IMG/VR virus record: IMGVR_UViG_3300032212_000100
Location: 1 to 34,483 of that record
Length of the DNA: 34,483 nucleotides
Reading direction: 5' to 3' (one strand)
Source: a virus
Lineage: Duplodnaviria > Caudoviricetes
Of the stretch, positions 1 through 8,348 are shown piece by piece. Position 1 is the first letter of the stretch. Each line of letters opens with the position of its first letter. The position numbers were made by a program, and so were the translations under genes. The notes below the pieces were generated by a model. The model was not told the origin of the DNA and did no database searches. It was given only the letters and a program-made list of their open reading frames with translations.

Positions 1-127
1 TTTCACGTGTATTAGTAGCAAGCGGCATACCGCCTTCTTCATCACGATTATCAATCCATACAAACTTAAAGCCATAAAAAGCATCAATGTCACCATTGAT
101 AAGAGCTTTAATGTTTACAAAGTCAGC
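1..127. repeat. Terminal direct repeat, copy 1 (circular assembly overlap)
   Basis: 1-127 is identical to 34357-34483 and lies inside the capsid CDS. 127 is a common assembler k-mer size. Confidence 0.95.
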
Positions 128-685
128 ACTTGTAGCTTCGTTATCAGCAAGAAGGTCATGCTTACCGTTAGAATGAGCAACAAGGTAACGATCATTCATA
201 GGAACACCTTTAGCGTCCATAATCTTACTTGCAGCACGTAGCTTAGCAACATTCAAACCTGTGTTAGCACCACCAACACTTACAGCAACAGTTGAAGCAC
301 CAGCATAAGAAATAGTAGCATTCTTAATCTGATCAATAACAAGCTGGTCAAGACGACGTCCAAGCGCACTTGTAATCGTTTTAACAAGCTCTTGTCGTTC
401 TTCAATTGGAGCTTCTTCATTTGAGAAGAAATCAGTGTAGTCAGCTGCAAACCACTGGCTAAGAGTAGCTAGTGTTTGTGTGTGCGCAGCATCCATAACT
501 GGAACATCTTCATGGGTATTCTTTTGTTGAGCAGTACCTTTACCAAGTCCGTTGAACTGGTATGTACTCGCCATCACGTTAGTACGCAAAGAAACAGCAT
601 TACGAATAACACCTGCACCCTGAAATTCTTGTAAAACTTCAGAATCAAATTCCTTCTTTGCGGCAGTTGATAATGAAATAGTCAT
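1..685 (-). CDS. Major capsid protein, 5' part (continues at 34356..34187; 284 aa joined)
   Basis: ATG at 685 after SD GAGGTG. Reads MTISLSTAAKKEFDSEVLQEFQG...ALGRRLDQLVID...GDIDAFYGFKF, open to base 1 and in frame with the 34187..34384 ORF. Lies downstream of the scaffold and has T7/BPP-1-like capsid motifs. Not in the ORF track. Confidence 0.9.
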   Translation of the reverse strand, partial: MTISLSTAAKKEFDSEVLQEFQGAGVIRNAVSLRTNVMASTYQFNGLGKGTAQQKNTHEDVPVMDAAHTQTLATLSQWFAADYTDFFSNEEAPIEERQELVKTITSALGRRLDQLVIDQIKNATISYAGASTVAVSVGGANTGLNVAKLRAASKIMDAKGVPMNDRYLVAHSNGKHDLLADNEATSADFVNIKALINGDIDAFYGFKFVWIDNRDEEGGMPLATNTRE

Positions 686-729
686 ATCACACCTCATTTA
701 TTTATTTGTTTGTGTTTAATTTTTGTTCA

Positions 730-820
730 GAGGTGGGTAGCTTTTCAGGGCCAACTCCTAGAATTTCATGGTCTTCCTTACCATAAATCATACAAGGGCC
801 CAGAACGGGGTAGCCTGCAC
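730..820 (-). promoter_or_regulatory. Structured 5' leader of the capsid gene (three hairpins, two with the same internal loop)
   Basis: Hand-folded minus-strand hairpins at 820-790, 788-762 and 758-730. The GCTACC/GGCCC pair occurs twice. Confidence 0.55.
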
Positions 821-830
821 AATTTAATAA

Positions 831-860
831 AGTATATACGACAACAAATACAAATGTCAA
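831..860 (-). promoter_or_regulatory. Sigma70-like promoter for the capsid gene
   Basis: TTGACA (860-855), 18 nt, TATACT (836-831). Confidence 0.65.
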
Positions 861-884
861 CAGGGGCAAACGCCCCTGTTGACA
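855..884. terminator. Perfect 13-bp hairpin downstream of the scaffold gene
   Basis: TGTCAACAGGGGC-AAAC-GCCCCTGTTGACA, followed on the minus strand by the U-rich TTTGTATTTGTT. Confidence 0.6.
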
Positions 885-905
885 AGATACCTATCAATCA
901 CAGTT

Positions 906-1712
906 TTACTTAGGATACCTTTTCTTGAATGCCGCAGTTGCCTTGGCACGTTTTTCCTTGGCATCTGGCGCATACGCCTTCTCAGCAGCAATAGCTTCAG
1001 CTAAAAGATTATCAGCCTCAGCCTGAGAAACAATAGTTTCAGGTACACCAGGATTCTTAGGAACGCGAGTTGATGTTGATATATTTCTAATCTCATCAAA
1101 CAACTTAACCATTGCAGCACTTGAAGAAGAATCATGCAGAAGTTGATAAGACTCAGGAGAAAGCTTGCTCTTGTAAAAGCTGTTCAACCCCGCAATAAGC
1201 TCAGGTCCTCCAGGACCAAGAAGTTTCATTTCTTCTTCAGGGTTTGGCATAGAATCCAAATCACCTTTAATCTTCATAGCAACCAAAGTATTAAACTGAT
1301 CCTGAGAAAGCCCCATACCCTTTGCTACTTCCCTAAAAGATTCAACCATAGGATCATCATCAGGAACATCTACACCACTGAAAACATCATCTTCTGGAAG
1401 CTGTATCTCGTACTTATCAGGCAACTCACTAGCAGGCGGTCTATCACCAAACTCTTTACGCAAAGACTTGTAAGCATCTTCAAGATCCTGACCAGTTTTG
1501 TACTTACCGCCAATATAACCTTCAAAACCATCATCACCTTCTTTTGGTGATTCGCCTATATTTTCATTAACAGTGTGTCCAGCCAAAACATCATCACCCT
1601 GGTTTGCACCGTCAACTGGTGGTGTAACACCTTCAGCTGGTGGGTTTGCACCATCAGCTGGTGGCGTAGCGCCTTCAGCTGGTGGTGCTGCATTCATCAA
1701 AGAATCAGACAT
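906..1712 (-). CDS. Capsid scaffolding/assembly protein
   Basis: Acidic protein with GKYKTGQDLEDAYKSL and GLSQDQFN motifs typical of T7-like scaffolds, directly before the capsid gene. ATG at 1712 with SD AGGGG preferred over TTG at 1718. Confidence 0.8.
   Translation of the reverse strand: MSDSLMNAAPPAEGATPPADGANPPAEGVTPPVDGANQGDDVLAGHTVNENIGESPKEGDDGFEGYIGGKYKTGQDLEDAYKSLRKEFGDRPPASELPDKYEIQLPEDDVFSGVDVPDDDPMVESFREVAKGMGLSQDQFNTLVAMKIKGDLDSMPNPEEEMKLLGPGGPELIAGLNSFYKSKLSPESYQLLHDSSSSAAMVKLFDEIRNISTSTRVPKNPGVPETIVSQAEADNLLAEAIAAEKAYAPDAKEKRAKATAAFKKRYPK
1601..1686 (-). repeat. Four imperfect 21-bp coding tandem repeats (PPAEGAT/PPADGAN/PPAEGVT/PPVDGAN)
   Basis: Visible in both the DNA and the scaffold N-terminal translation. 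Confidence 0.85.
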
Positions 1713-1728
1713 AAACAAAATCCCCTAT

Positions 1729-2319
1729 TTAAGATTTAAATGCAGTTTCATAACTTGAAAGCATTTCTGAATTAATCGCATCAATAATTGACTTTGTTGG
1801 AGTATTTACTTTCAACTCTCTAAGATCAATCAGAATGCGAGAACCATCACAAGCCAACTTCAAACCAGGGAACTTTTTACCAACAGTAGCAGAAAGTCTA
1901 CTAACATCAACTTTAAGGTATTTTGTAAGTTTTGGCTTCTTCTCAGCTTTTTGCTTCTTCTCAGCTTTTGGCTTCTTCTCAGCAGCAGCATCCTCAGATG
2001 CTTTCAAAGCTTTCTCTTTTTCGCTAACATCTGGCTGGTCATCAGATACACATTCAGGCATGTTATCAAAATCCTCAGGCTCAGGTGAAGAGTCTACATC
2101 CTCAGAAACTTCTTCAGCACCATCGACACTTTCAACCTCTGTTTCTTCTGAGGCTCCTGTGTCAGCTGATGAATCCGTTTGTTGCTCTTGCTGTTCATGT
2201 GAATCAGCTTCCTGCGGCGTATCAATTTCTTGCGTGCCTTCTGCTTCATTTTGAGTGCCTTCCAAATTTTCAGTTACTTCACCAGCATTTTTTGCAGTTT
2301 TTTTACTCTTATTGCTCAT
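1729..2319 (-). CDS. Hypothetical acidic, low-complexity protein with AEKKPK-type repeats
   Basis: 196-aa ORF within the head operon, with an 18-bp repeat around 1930-1985. Confidence 0.75.
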   Translation of the reverse strand: MSNKSKKTAKNAGEVTENLEGTQNEAEGTQEIDTPQEADSHEQQEQQTDSSADTGASEETEVESVDGAEEVSEDVDSSPEPEDFDNMPECVSDDQPDVSEKEKALKASEDAAAEKKPKAEKKQKAEKKPKLTKYLKVDVSRLSATVGKKFPGLKLACDGSRILIDLRELKVNTPTKSIIDAINSEMLSSYETAFKS

Positions 2320-2617
2320 CTAACTTAGCTCCATTTTTTATATGATTTTTAATATAGCGAAACAAATTGTTTTCACCCTCTCTAAAAGACATACCCATAG
2401 CAATAGCAAGACCGTCATTACCGCCACGGGTCATTGTAGATCTGTTAACAGTAAAAGATTCAATAACAGCTAAAGCTTTCTCACCATCTTCACCAGAAAA
2501 AACATCGTAAAATAAACGATCTAGATACTTTTGCTGCTCTGCAAGGTTTTTAACCTCACCTTTGTGAATATCTTGATTTTGCTCAAACCAATTCCAACCT
2601 TCAGTATTCTCACTCAT
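2309..2617 (-). CDS. Conserved small protein downstream of the portal (BPP-1 Bbp19-like)
   Basis: VFSGEDGEKAL...FREGEN pattern and position after the portal. Confidence 0.65.
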   Translation of the reverse strand: MSENTEGWNWFEQNQDIHKGEVKNLAEQQKYLDRLFYDVFSGEDGEKALAVIESFTVNRSTMTRGGNDGLAIAMGMSFREGENNLFRYIKNHIKNGAKLDEQ

Positions 2618-2626
2618 AACAACCCT

Positions 2627-4186
2627 CTATTGTGCCGGAGGAACATCACCGCCAGGAGAAGATTCTCCTTCTGGTTGCTGTGCAGCATTCAACTGTTGTA
2701 AAATCTGCATAGCCCGCTCCCTTTGTTCATCATCAGCTTTTAATTTTTCGTCAACATCTAAATTCTTACCCAAAACTTCAGCATATCCATCAACATTTAC
2801 AAATAAAGGTAAAAGTTGAGGACCAACCAACGCCTGTATTTCTTCAACAAACCTGCGGTTATTAGCCATTTCCTCTTGTTTTTGGGCCTTTGCCAACGGC
2901 GATTCAATGCTAATTGATATTGCCTTTCCACCTACTTTAACATCTGTTAAGTCAACAGGCAACAATCCTTTTTTGTTTAAAATAAATAAAGACCTTTTAA
3001 CAACTGAAACAACGAGCTCATGCTGCATTCTATTAAATGACGAACCAATTCTTCCTGAAAGCTTCTCCTGTCGCATAATAAGCTCTGTTGGAGACCTGAC
3101 AGAACCAGAGACATCAGGAAGATCGTCTGTATACATAATCTTCTTAATATCTTCACGCATATCGCTCATGATAAACTGGCCAAGATTCAAATCACCACCA
3201 ACAGGAAGAGCATCAATTGGGTTACCACCTGGACCAAATGGAGCAGAAGGTATAATACCTCCTGGCTGAATCTTGATATTATGAGGGTTAATAACACCGT
3301 CATCAGAAACAACAAACATAGGTATCATTTTCAAAGCAGCAGATTTAAGCAGAAGTTCCTTTGTTTTATTAAGAGTCTTAACATCAGGTAAAGCCCTCAA
3401 CAATGCACCTCTACCCCAAACTTCGCCTGGCAAAACAGAAAATCTAAACACAATCCAAGGTGATGATTCGTTAACCTCTTCAAGAACGTTATATTTTCCA
3501 AGAACATCAACCGTATATGTATATGTCTGTTCATCGTAATCATGGATTGTTGACTCAAGAATATCAACTTCAGTTTCAGGTTTTTCAGAAAGCATCTTTT
3601 CAAGTTCTGCACCAAGAACAGCATCTGGCCATGTTGGTGTTATATTACGGATAGGCATGCGGTATTTTCTAAAAACAGTCTCAACTTTACCGTTAGGTCC
3701 TTCTTCCAAATAAAGCTGGTTAACAGGCACGCATAAAAACTCAAGTGGATTTTCATCATTACCTTCATTTAAAATAAGGGCACCTGTACCAACAACAACA
3801 TCCTGAAACGCTTCAGAAACCTGGATATTAAAATTAGAAGCATGAATATAGTTAAACATTGTTGTCCTGATAGAATCAAGTTGCTTCATAACCTCCTTAT
3901 GAGCTTCCTCTGGAATATCAACTCCTGGCTCAAAACCAACCCATTTAATGTATGCCGGTACAAGAGCAGCCTCAAGAGCAGACGCCAAATCATCCTTAGA
4001 CGTCTGAGCTGTACTGTCAAATATAATATCAGGGTTGGTTTTTTCTTGCCCCTTTTCAGTACCAGATTCATCAAACTGTTCACGTTCAGGAGAACCATAT
4101 CGCATCGCATCCTTATACGTAGACTTCCAAGAATCCTTACGATTCTTTGCAATTTCAAACCTTTGTTTACGTGAACTTATACTCAT
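2627..4186 (-). CDS. Portal (head-to-tail connector) protein, T7 gp8-like
   Basis: Motifs IFDSTA, VVGTGAL, PGEVWGRG, ALPDVKTLN, SPTE, ESPLAKAQK. ATG at 4186 (MSISSRKQRFE) avoids overlap with the upstream gene. Confidence 0.92.
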   Translation of the reverse strand: MSISSRKQRFEIAKNRKDSWKSTYKDAMRYGSPEREQFDESGTEKGQEKTNPDIIFDSTAQTSKDDLASALEAALVPAYIKWVGFEPGVDIPEEAHKEVMKQLDSIRTTMFNYIHASNFNIQVSEAFQDVVVGTGALILNEGNDENPLEFLCVPVNQLYLEEGPNGKVETVFRKYRMPIRNITPTWPDAVLGAELEKMLSEKPETEVDILESTIHDYDEQTYTYTVDVLGKYNVLEEVNESSPWIVFRFSVLPGEVWGRGALLRALPDVKTLNKTKELLLKSAALKMIPMFVVSDDGVINPHNIKIQPGGIIPSAPFGPGGNPIDALPVGGDLNLGQFIMSDMREDIKKIMYTDDLPDVSGSVRSPTELIMRQEKLSGRIGSSFNRMQHELVVSVVKRSLFILNKKGLLPVDLTDVKVGGKAISISIESPLAKAQKQEEMANNRRFVEEIQALVGPQLLPLFVNVDGYAEVLGKNLDVDEKLKADDEQRERAMQILQQLNAAQQPEGESSPGGDVPPAQ

Positions 4187-4194
4187 ACTACCAA

Positions 4195-4503
4195 CTATGC
4201 TCCATCCAATACAGACACCCACTCAACCAATGGAGCAGGCATTTCTTCAAAATTAAACCCAGATACAAGCTGTTCAAAATACTCAGGATAACGCTCGCTA
4301 GGTGATGATATCCAAAAATTATCAGATCCATCTTGAGCTGAATTAACAGCTGACCATCTCTCGATACGCTGCTTACCCTCTTTAATAACAACCTCACCAT
4401 CTACAACATCGTAACCATTGGCCTCGTATAGCTGTGCACCTATAGAAGATATCTGAGCCTCACAATCAACAGCCTGTTGCAGTGTTTTAAATACTAAAAT
4501 CAT
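4195..4503 (-). CDS. Hypothetical protein (third gene of accessory cassette 2)
   Basis: 102-aa ORF tightly following the 251-aa gene. Confidence 0.7.
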   Translation of the reverse strand: MILVFKTLQQAVDCEAQISSIGAQLYEANGYDVVDGEVVIKEGKQRIERWSAVNSAQDGSDNFWISSPSERYPEYFEQLVSGFNFEEMPAPLVEWVSVLDGA

Positions 4504-4504
4504 A

Positions 4505-5260
4505 CTATTTACCTAATATACTGTTATAATAATTTGTAAGGTTTGTAACTTCATCAAGCGTTATCTTGCGTTTAAATACTGCCCTTGCTACAAAATCACC
4601 CACCTGACCTCTTGCTCCATCATTACATGCCATAATTGCATAATCACCGGCCCCTGTTGTCCAAGCACCAAGGTTAGACCTACTTCTTGTTTCAACACCT
4701 TCCAGGTAACCTTTATTGTTAAAATCTGGCGAACCGTTTGTCGCAATTATAGAAGTCTGATACTCATCAAAAGTATTGGTCCAATAAGTTTCATTATTAG
4801 AATCAATGCCTGCGTTTTGCACCCTGGCTGTAGGTGTTGTAGGATTAACTTCAATCCTACACTCACTACCACTACCCATTGATATTAAAGCATCATACCC
4901 AGAAGTAGATGCATCAATTTTATAAACAGTTAAAATTGAAACATCAGTAAGACCGTTGATACCCAAATTATTACACGTCATATAGTCACCACCAGCGTTA
5001 CGCAACACTGTCTTACCGTTAACCGCGTTTGTAATAACAGCTGGCTGGTTAGCTCCCGTACCCTGGACATAGTGATTACCGTTTACAGTTAAGTCGTCTA
5101 TTTGCGAGGCAAAACCTCCTGCTTGTGTAATACTAGACTCGTCAAAAGAATGTATGAGTTGGAATGGATCTAAATCTAATGGATGAAACCCATCTACAGG
5201 CAAAACATCCTGAGATACAGAAGATATAACATCGTTTAACACATTACTTAAACGGCTCAT
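4505..5260 (-). CDS. Putative lectin-like (LamG/concanavalin-type) virion fibre or spike protein
   Basis: DESSITQAGG...QIDDLTVNGNHYVQGTGANQP...NGK start and EVTNLTNYY end resemble phage LamG-like head fibre domains. Inference only. Confidence 0.5.
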   Translation of the reverse strand: MSRLSNVLNDVISSVSQDVLPVDGFHPLDLDPFQLIHSFDESSITQAGGFASQIDDLTVNGNHYVQGTGANQPAVITNAVNGKTVLRNAGGDYMTCNNLGINGLTDVSILTVYKIDASTSGYDALISMGSGSECRIEVNPTTPTARVQNAGIDSNNETYWTNTFDEYQTSIIATNGSPDFNNKGYLEGVETRSRSNLGAWTTGAGDYAIMACNDGARGQVGDFVARAVFKRKITLDEVTNLTNYYNSILGK

Positions 5261-5535
5261 ATTGAAAGATCAATCTCAACTGACCCTGATGTAAAGTCGC
5301 CAGTTTTTACACCTGCACGATAGTACCATGACCCTGAACACTTACCATATTTTTCAGCTGGCGCCGTATGTTCCTCAATGTCCAAATACGTACCAGCAGA
5401 AGTGCGACATCTTTGCACAGTTACAGTTGCGACAAATGTTCCAGAAATTGATAAATCAAACTCACCTTTATCGACTCTAATAGGATCTGAAAACGTATTT
5501 TCAGCAGAAATAGATTTAGTTACAGAATCAGCCAT
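5257..5535 (-). CDS. Small beta-rich virion protein (putative spike base)
   Basis: 92 aa with LSISGTFVATVTVQR and YYRAG. SD AGGAG. Confidence 0.6.
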   Translation of the reverse strand: MADSVTKSISAENTFSDPIRVDKGEFDLSISGTFVATVTVQRCRTSAGTYLDIEEHTAPAEKYGKCSGSWYYRAGVKTGDFTSGSVEIDLSI

Positions 5536-5566
5536 AACAACTCCTTTTTGAATTAATTCAAAATTA

Positions 5567-5596
5567 ACTATATACCATCACAACTTAAGAGTACAA
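5567..5596 (-). promoter_or_regulatory. Possible promoter for cassette 2 and the portal operon
   Basis: TTGTAC, 18 nt, TATAGT. Same spacing and GTATATA context as the capsid promoter. Confidence 0.4.
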
Positions 5597-5626
5597 TAAA
5601 ATTGTTTTAACCTATTTTACGTTTAA

Positions 5627-5697
5627 GCCGCCTTAGCTCAACTGGCAGAGCAACCCTAATACGGGTGATGTGGGTTCAAGTCCTACAGGTGACACCA
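5627..5697 (+). tRNA. tRNA-like gene with truncated anticodon arm (isotype undetermined)
   Basis: Acceptor GCCGCCT/AGGTGAC, T8A9, D arm GCTC-AACTGGCA-GAGC, T arm GTGGG-TTCAAGT-CCTAC, discriminator A and encoded CCA. The anticodon arm is only ACCC-TAATAC-GGGT. Confidence 0.8.
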
Positions 5698-5713
5698 CTT
5701 AACGAGGTGATAT

Positions 5714-5902
5714 ATGAACCATCATTTTGAACCTGAAAACCGTTGCAAGGTATGCCAAACTTTAGATTGTGAAAATGAGATGTGCTTACCTGATGCACCA
5801 ATGCACATGATTGGTGATGAAGATATACCACAGCTTGGATCTGAAGAATCTGGTCGTTTCTTTCAACCATTGGATTATGTCCAAGAAAAAGGAGGTGACT
5901 AA
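5714..5902 (+). CDS. Small Cys-rich acidic hypothetical protein
   Basis: SD GAGGTG before the ATG, CxxC-x4-C-x4-C, located between the tRNA-like gene and a terminator. Confidence 0.6.
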   Translation: MNHHFEPENRCKVCQTLDCENEMCLPDAPMHMIGDEDIPQLGSEESGRFFQPLDYVQEKGGD

Positions 5903-5956
5903 TCTCTTTGCACTAAAGTGCATCGTAATAATTACCAGCCGTTCTCACCCAACGTT

Positions 5957-5982
5957 ACCCCCTTTAATTAGGGGGTTTTTTT
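5957..5982 (+). terminator. Rho-independent terminator of the tRNA-like cassette
   Basis: ACCCCCT-TTAATT-AGGGGGT running into T7. Confidence 0.8.
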
Positions 5983-6250
5983 ATGTTAAAGCTTTAATTT
6001 CATCAAGCTCATTCTGAATTTCTACGGTCCTTTTATTGTGAGCTTCAAGTTCGTCCTGTTTATCAGCCAACATACTTTCTTTCGTTACACCGTATAATGG
6101 TTGAAATCCTAGAGGGATTGTATCAACAACATTTCCGTCAACATCAAAAATCTCTTTATATGTTTGAATGTAGTATGTCGATTCTGGGCCTCCAACTTCA
6201 TCTATTACAGGTGCGTTTTCCCATCGTCTTATGCGTTTTTTTGGTATCAT
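5981..6250 (-). CDS. Hypothetical protein with C-terminal coiled coil (third gene of accessory cassette 1)
   Basis: 89-aa ORF immediately after the 596-aa gene. Confidence 0.7.
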   Translation of the reverse strand: MIPKKRIRRWENAPVIDEVGGPESTYYIQTYKEIFDVDGNVVDTIPLGFQPLYGVTKESMLADKQDELEAHNKRTVEIQNELDEIKALT

Positions 6251-6251
6251 A

Positions 6252-8042
6252 TTATTTCCCTACCCATGTTAATGTTAATGTTAAGTGATTGATTATTGGA
6301 TTATTTGTAGAACTAGTGTTTCTAATTTTCAATCCAACTGTATCAGCTGCAGCTAGATCAAGTATACTTGAACCAGAGCAGCACTCGCTTTCGTTAGCAC
6401 CTTTTGTTGTTGTGTGTGAAACAGTAGAACCGTCAACCGTTCCATTTACAGCAGCACCTATCTCAAAGTTTTGTGTACCACCGCCATCATACAAAGCAAC
6501 GCTCCATGTTAACAAATATTTCCCACCGTTATTTGCTGCGATTGTTAGTAAATCTGTTGCGAATGTCATACCATTTACAAACGTAACTGTATTACCAGTG
6601 ATATCATACCACGTATTTGCAACAGAAACCGTAATTGTTGTTGGAACTTCATTCTGATAGAACCCACCATAGTAACCATCATGCACAAGGTCGTGCAATA
6701 CGTCTGTGCGTCCTGTTCCTACAGCCTGTGAGTCAACAACCAAATCTGTTCCGTCATATTTAATTGTTGCATCAACTCCAGTACCAAACCCAAGGAACTT
6801 ATTATCAGCTAAATACATACCTGTAGAGTTTCCACCAAAATTAAAGTAATAAGGCAGACCATTTGTTACATTAGGCGTAATACCAAGAGAGCGCGTTGCT
6901 GTGTGATTTATGTTAAATGACGATACATAAGCATTAACTATCTGCCTGTTGGTATTAGTACCCATCTCAATACTTGTACCGTTGTAGAAGTTTATATACG
7001 TTGTTCTGTCACCATTAATACCAAGCCAGAAGTCACCAAAATCATTAAACATACCTGCATATTGTGTGTCAACTGTACTGTATCCAAAGAAGAAGTTGTT
7101 AGGTGTTGTTTCTGTATCAGGTAAAACAACCCTTGCATACCCTTTAGTATTAAGAGAATAGCTTACCTTTTCTGAACCAGCAGAGCTGAATTTTGCTAAT
7201 TTAGCACCAGAAGTAATTAGATCGTTTGTTGTATCAAAATTATACCCAACAGCCGCTGCACCATCTACAGCACCACTCAAGAACTGGAAAATATTCCCAT
7301 CATACTGGATTGTTGAATCTATACTATTACCAAATAATATTTTCTTACCATCACCTAAATAAACACCACCAAGCTTATACGTGGATGTCCCAGCACTTCT
7401 GTTACTACCAAGAGTTAAAACTGTACTTTGCGGTTCAAATGCAAAGTATGTTCCATCGCTACGGAAGCCACCCCAATATGAAGCACCATTACCATAACCA
7501 AATTGAACAACAGCAACATCTAACGCAGTACCAGCAGCAGGTGATGCAAAAGCACTAGCACTTGGGAAAATACCAATACCTTTACCACCTGTGTTGTCTT
7601 TGAATGAGTATGAACCAAGAATACCATCAGCCCACCATTTTGTGATACCACCAAAAGAGCCTGCGTTCATATCAAATATAGTTGATGGGTTACTTCCGAA
7701 TAAACCACCAACTGGATCACGCCTGATACTTCTTGCTGTGTTACCGCCTGTACTTATCCTGTCAATAACAGATCCAGCAGCTGTAAGATCGTTTGTCGTA
7801 TCCCTTAAAAAACCAACAGCACTCGCACTATCTGAAACACCACTTTTCATTTTCAATGCATAATCACCAGACTTTATAGCGTCTGGAGTATTAGCGACTT
7901 GTTGAGATCCTGTCCATACTCTTGAACCATCAAGCATTATATAATCTGGGTGGTCTTCTGCATCACCTAGACCGCCTAAAGAACCATGGTCAATAATACC
8001 ATCATCCCACATTATAGCATCTGATTCATTAGTCCACATCAT
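6252..8042 (-). CDS. Fibre/spike-like virion protein with probable C-terminal C1q/TNF-like (BclA-C) domain
   Basis: 596 aa, rich in G/T/S/N, with internal repeats. The C-terminal GKYLLTWSV...ILDLAAADTVGLKI pattern suggests a jelly-roll trimer. Confidence 0.6.
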   Translation of the reverse strand: MMWTNESDAIMWDDGIIDHGSLGGLGDAEDHPDYIMLDGSRVWTGSQQVANTPDAIKSGDYALKMKSGVSDSASAVGFLRDTTNDLTAAGSVIDRISTGGNTARSIRRDPVGGLFGSNPSTIFDMNAGSFGGITKWWADGILGSYSFKDNTGGKGIGIFPSASAFASPAAGTALDVAVVQFGYGNGASYWGGFRSDGTYFAFEPQSTVLTLGSNRSAGTSTYKLGGVYLGDGKKILFGNSIDSTIQYDGNIFQFLSGAVDGAAAVGYNFDTTNDLITSGAKLAKFSSAGSEKVSYSLNTKGYARVVLPDTETTPNNFFFGYSTVDTQYAGMFNDFGDFWLGINGDRTTYINFYNGTSIEMGTNTNRQIVNAYVSSFNINHTATRSLGITPNVTNGLPYYFNFGGNSTGMYLADNKFLGFGTGVDATIKYDGTDLVVDSQAVGTGRTDVLHDLVHDGYYGGFYQNEVPTTITVSVANTWYDITGNTVTFVNGMTFATDLLTIAANNGGKYLLTWSVALYDGGGTQNFEIGAAVNGTVDGSTVSHTTTKGANESECCSGSSILDLAAADTVGLKIRNTSSTNNPIINHLTLTLTWVGK

Positions 8043-8347
8043 GCATTCCTGTAATTAACAACAAGTTTAGAGCTTGTAGCATCAACATTTACAACCCTAA
8101 AAGCACTTGCAGACCCTACAAGCCTAGCTGCCTTCTTAGCAGAAACAGCACCATATGGCCAATCTTCCCATTCAACAGTACCTGGGTCATCATCCTCTTT
8201 AAATGGATATATCGTATGCTGAATCTTAGCTGTACCGCCTACAGGAGTTAACTCAATAGAAAACCTTGAAAATTTATCAGGCAAAATTAAAGGTGTACCA
8301 TTACCAACACCTGCATAATTATATATTTTTGATTGAACTAATGCCAT
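8039..8347 (-). CDS. Small beta-rich virion protein (putative spike base)
   Basis: 102 aa, similar in size, pattern and position to the 5257..5535 product. Confidence 0.55.
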   Translation of the reverse strand: MALVQSKIYNYAGVGNGTPLILPDKFSRFSIELTPVGGTAKIQHTIYPFKEDDDPGTVEWEDWPYGAVSAKKAARLVGSASAFRVVNVDATSSKLVVNYRNA

Positions 8348-8348
8348 T

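Noticed and set aside
140-148. Extra GCTGATAAC in the capsid mRNA (and a lone GGATAAAAC at 23585-23593)
   Set aside because: These are isolated single boxes inside coding sequence with no partner box or RBS. They show that single 9-mers arise by chance, so only the paired arrangement counts as evidence.
710-913. 67-aa plus-strand ORF
   Set aside because: TTG start, and it runs antisense across the capsid promoter, leader and terminator.
5964-5991. dif-like site (TTATGTTAAAG resembles the XerD arm)
   Set aside because: There is no XerC arm 6 bp upstream. The sequence is explained by the terminator and a stop codon.
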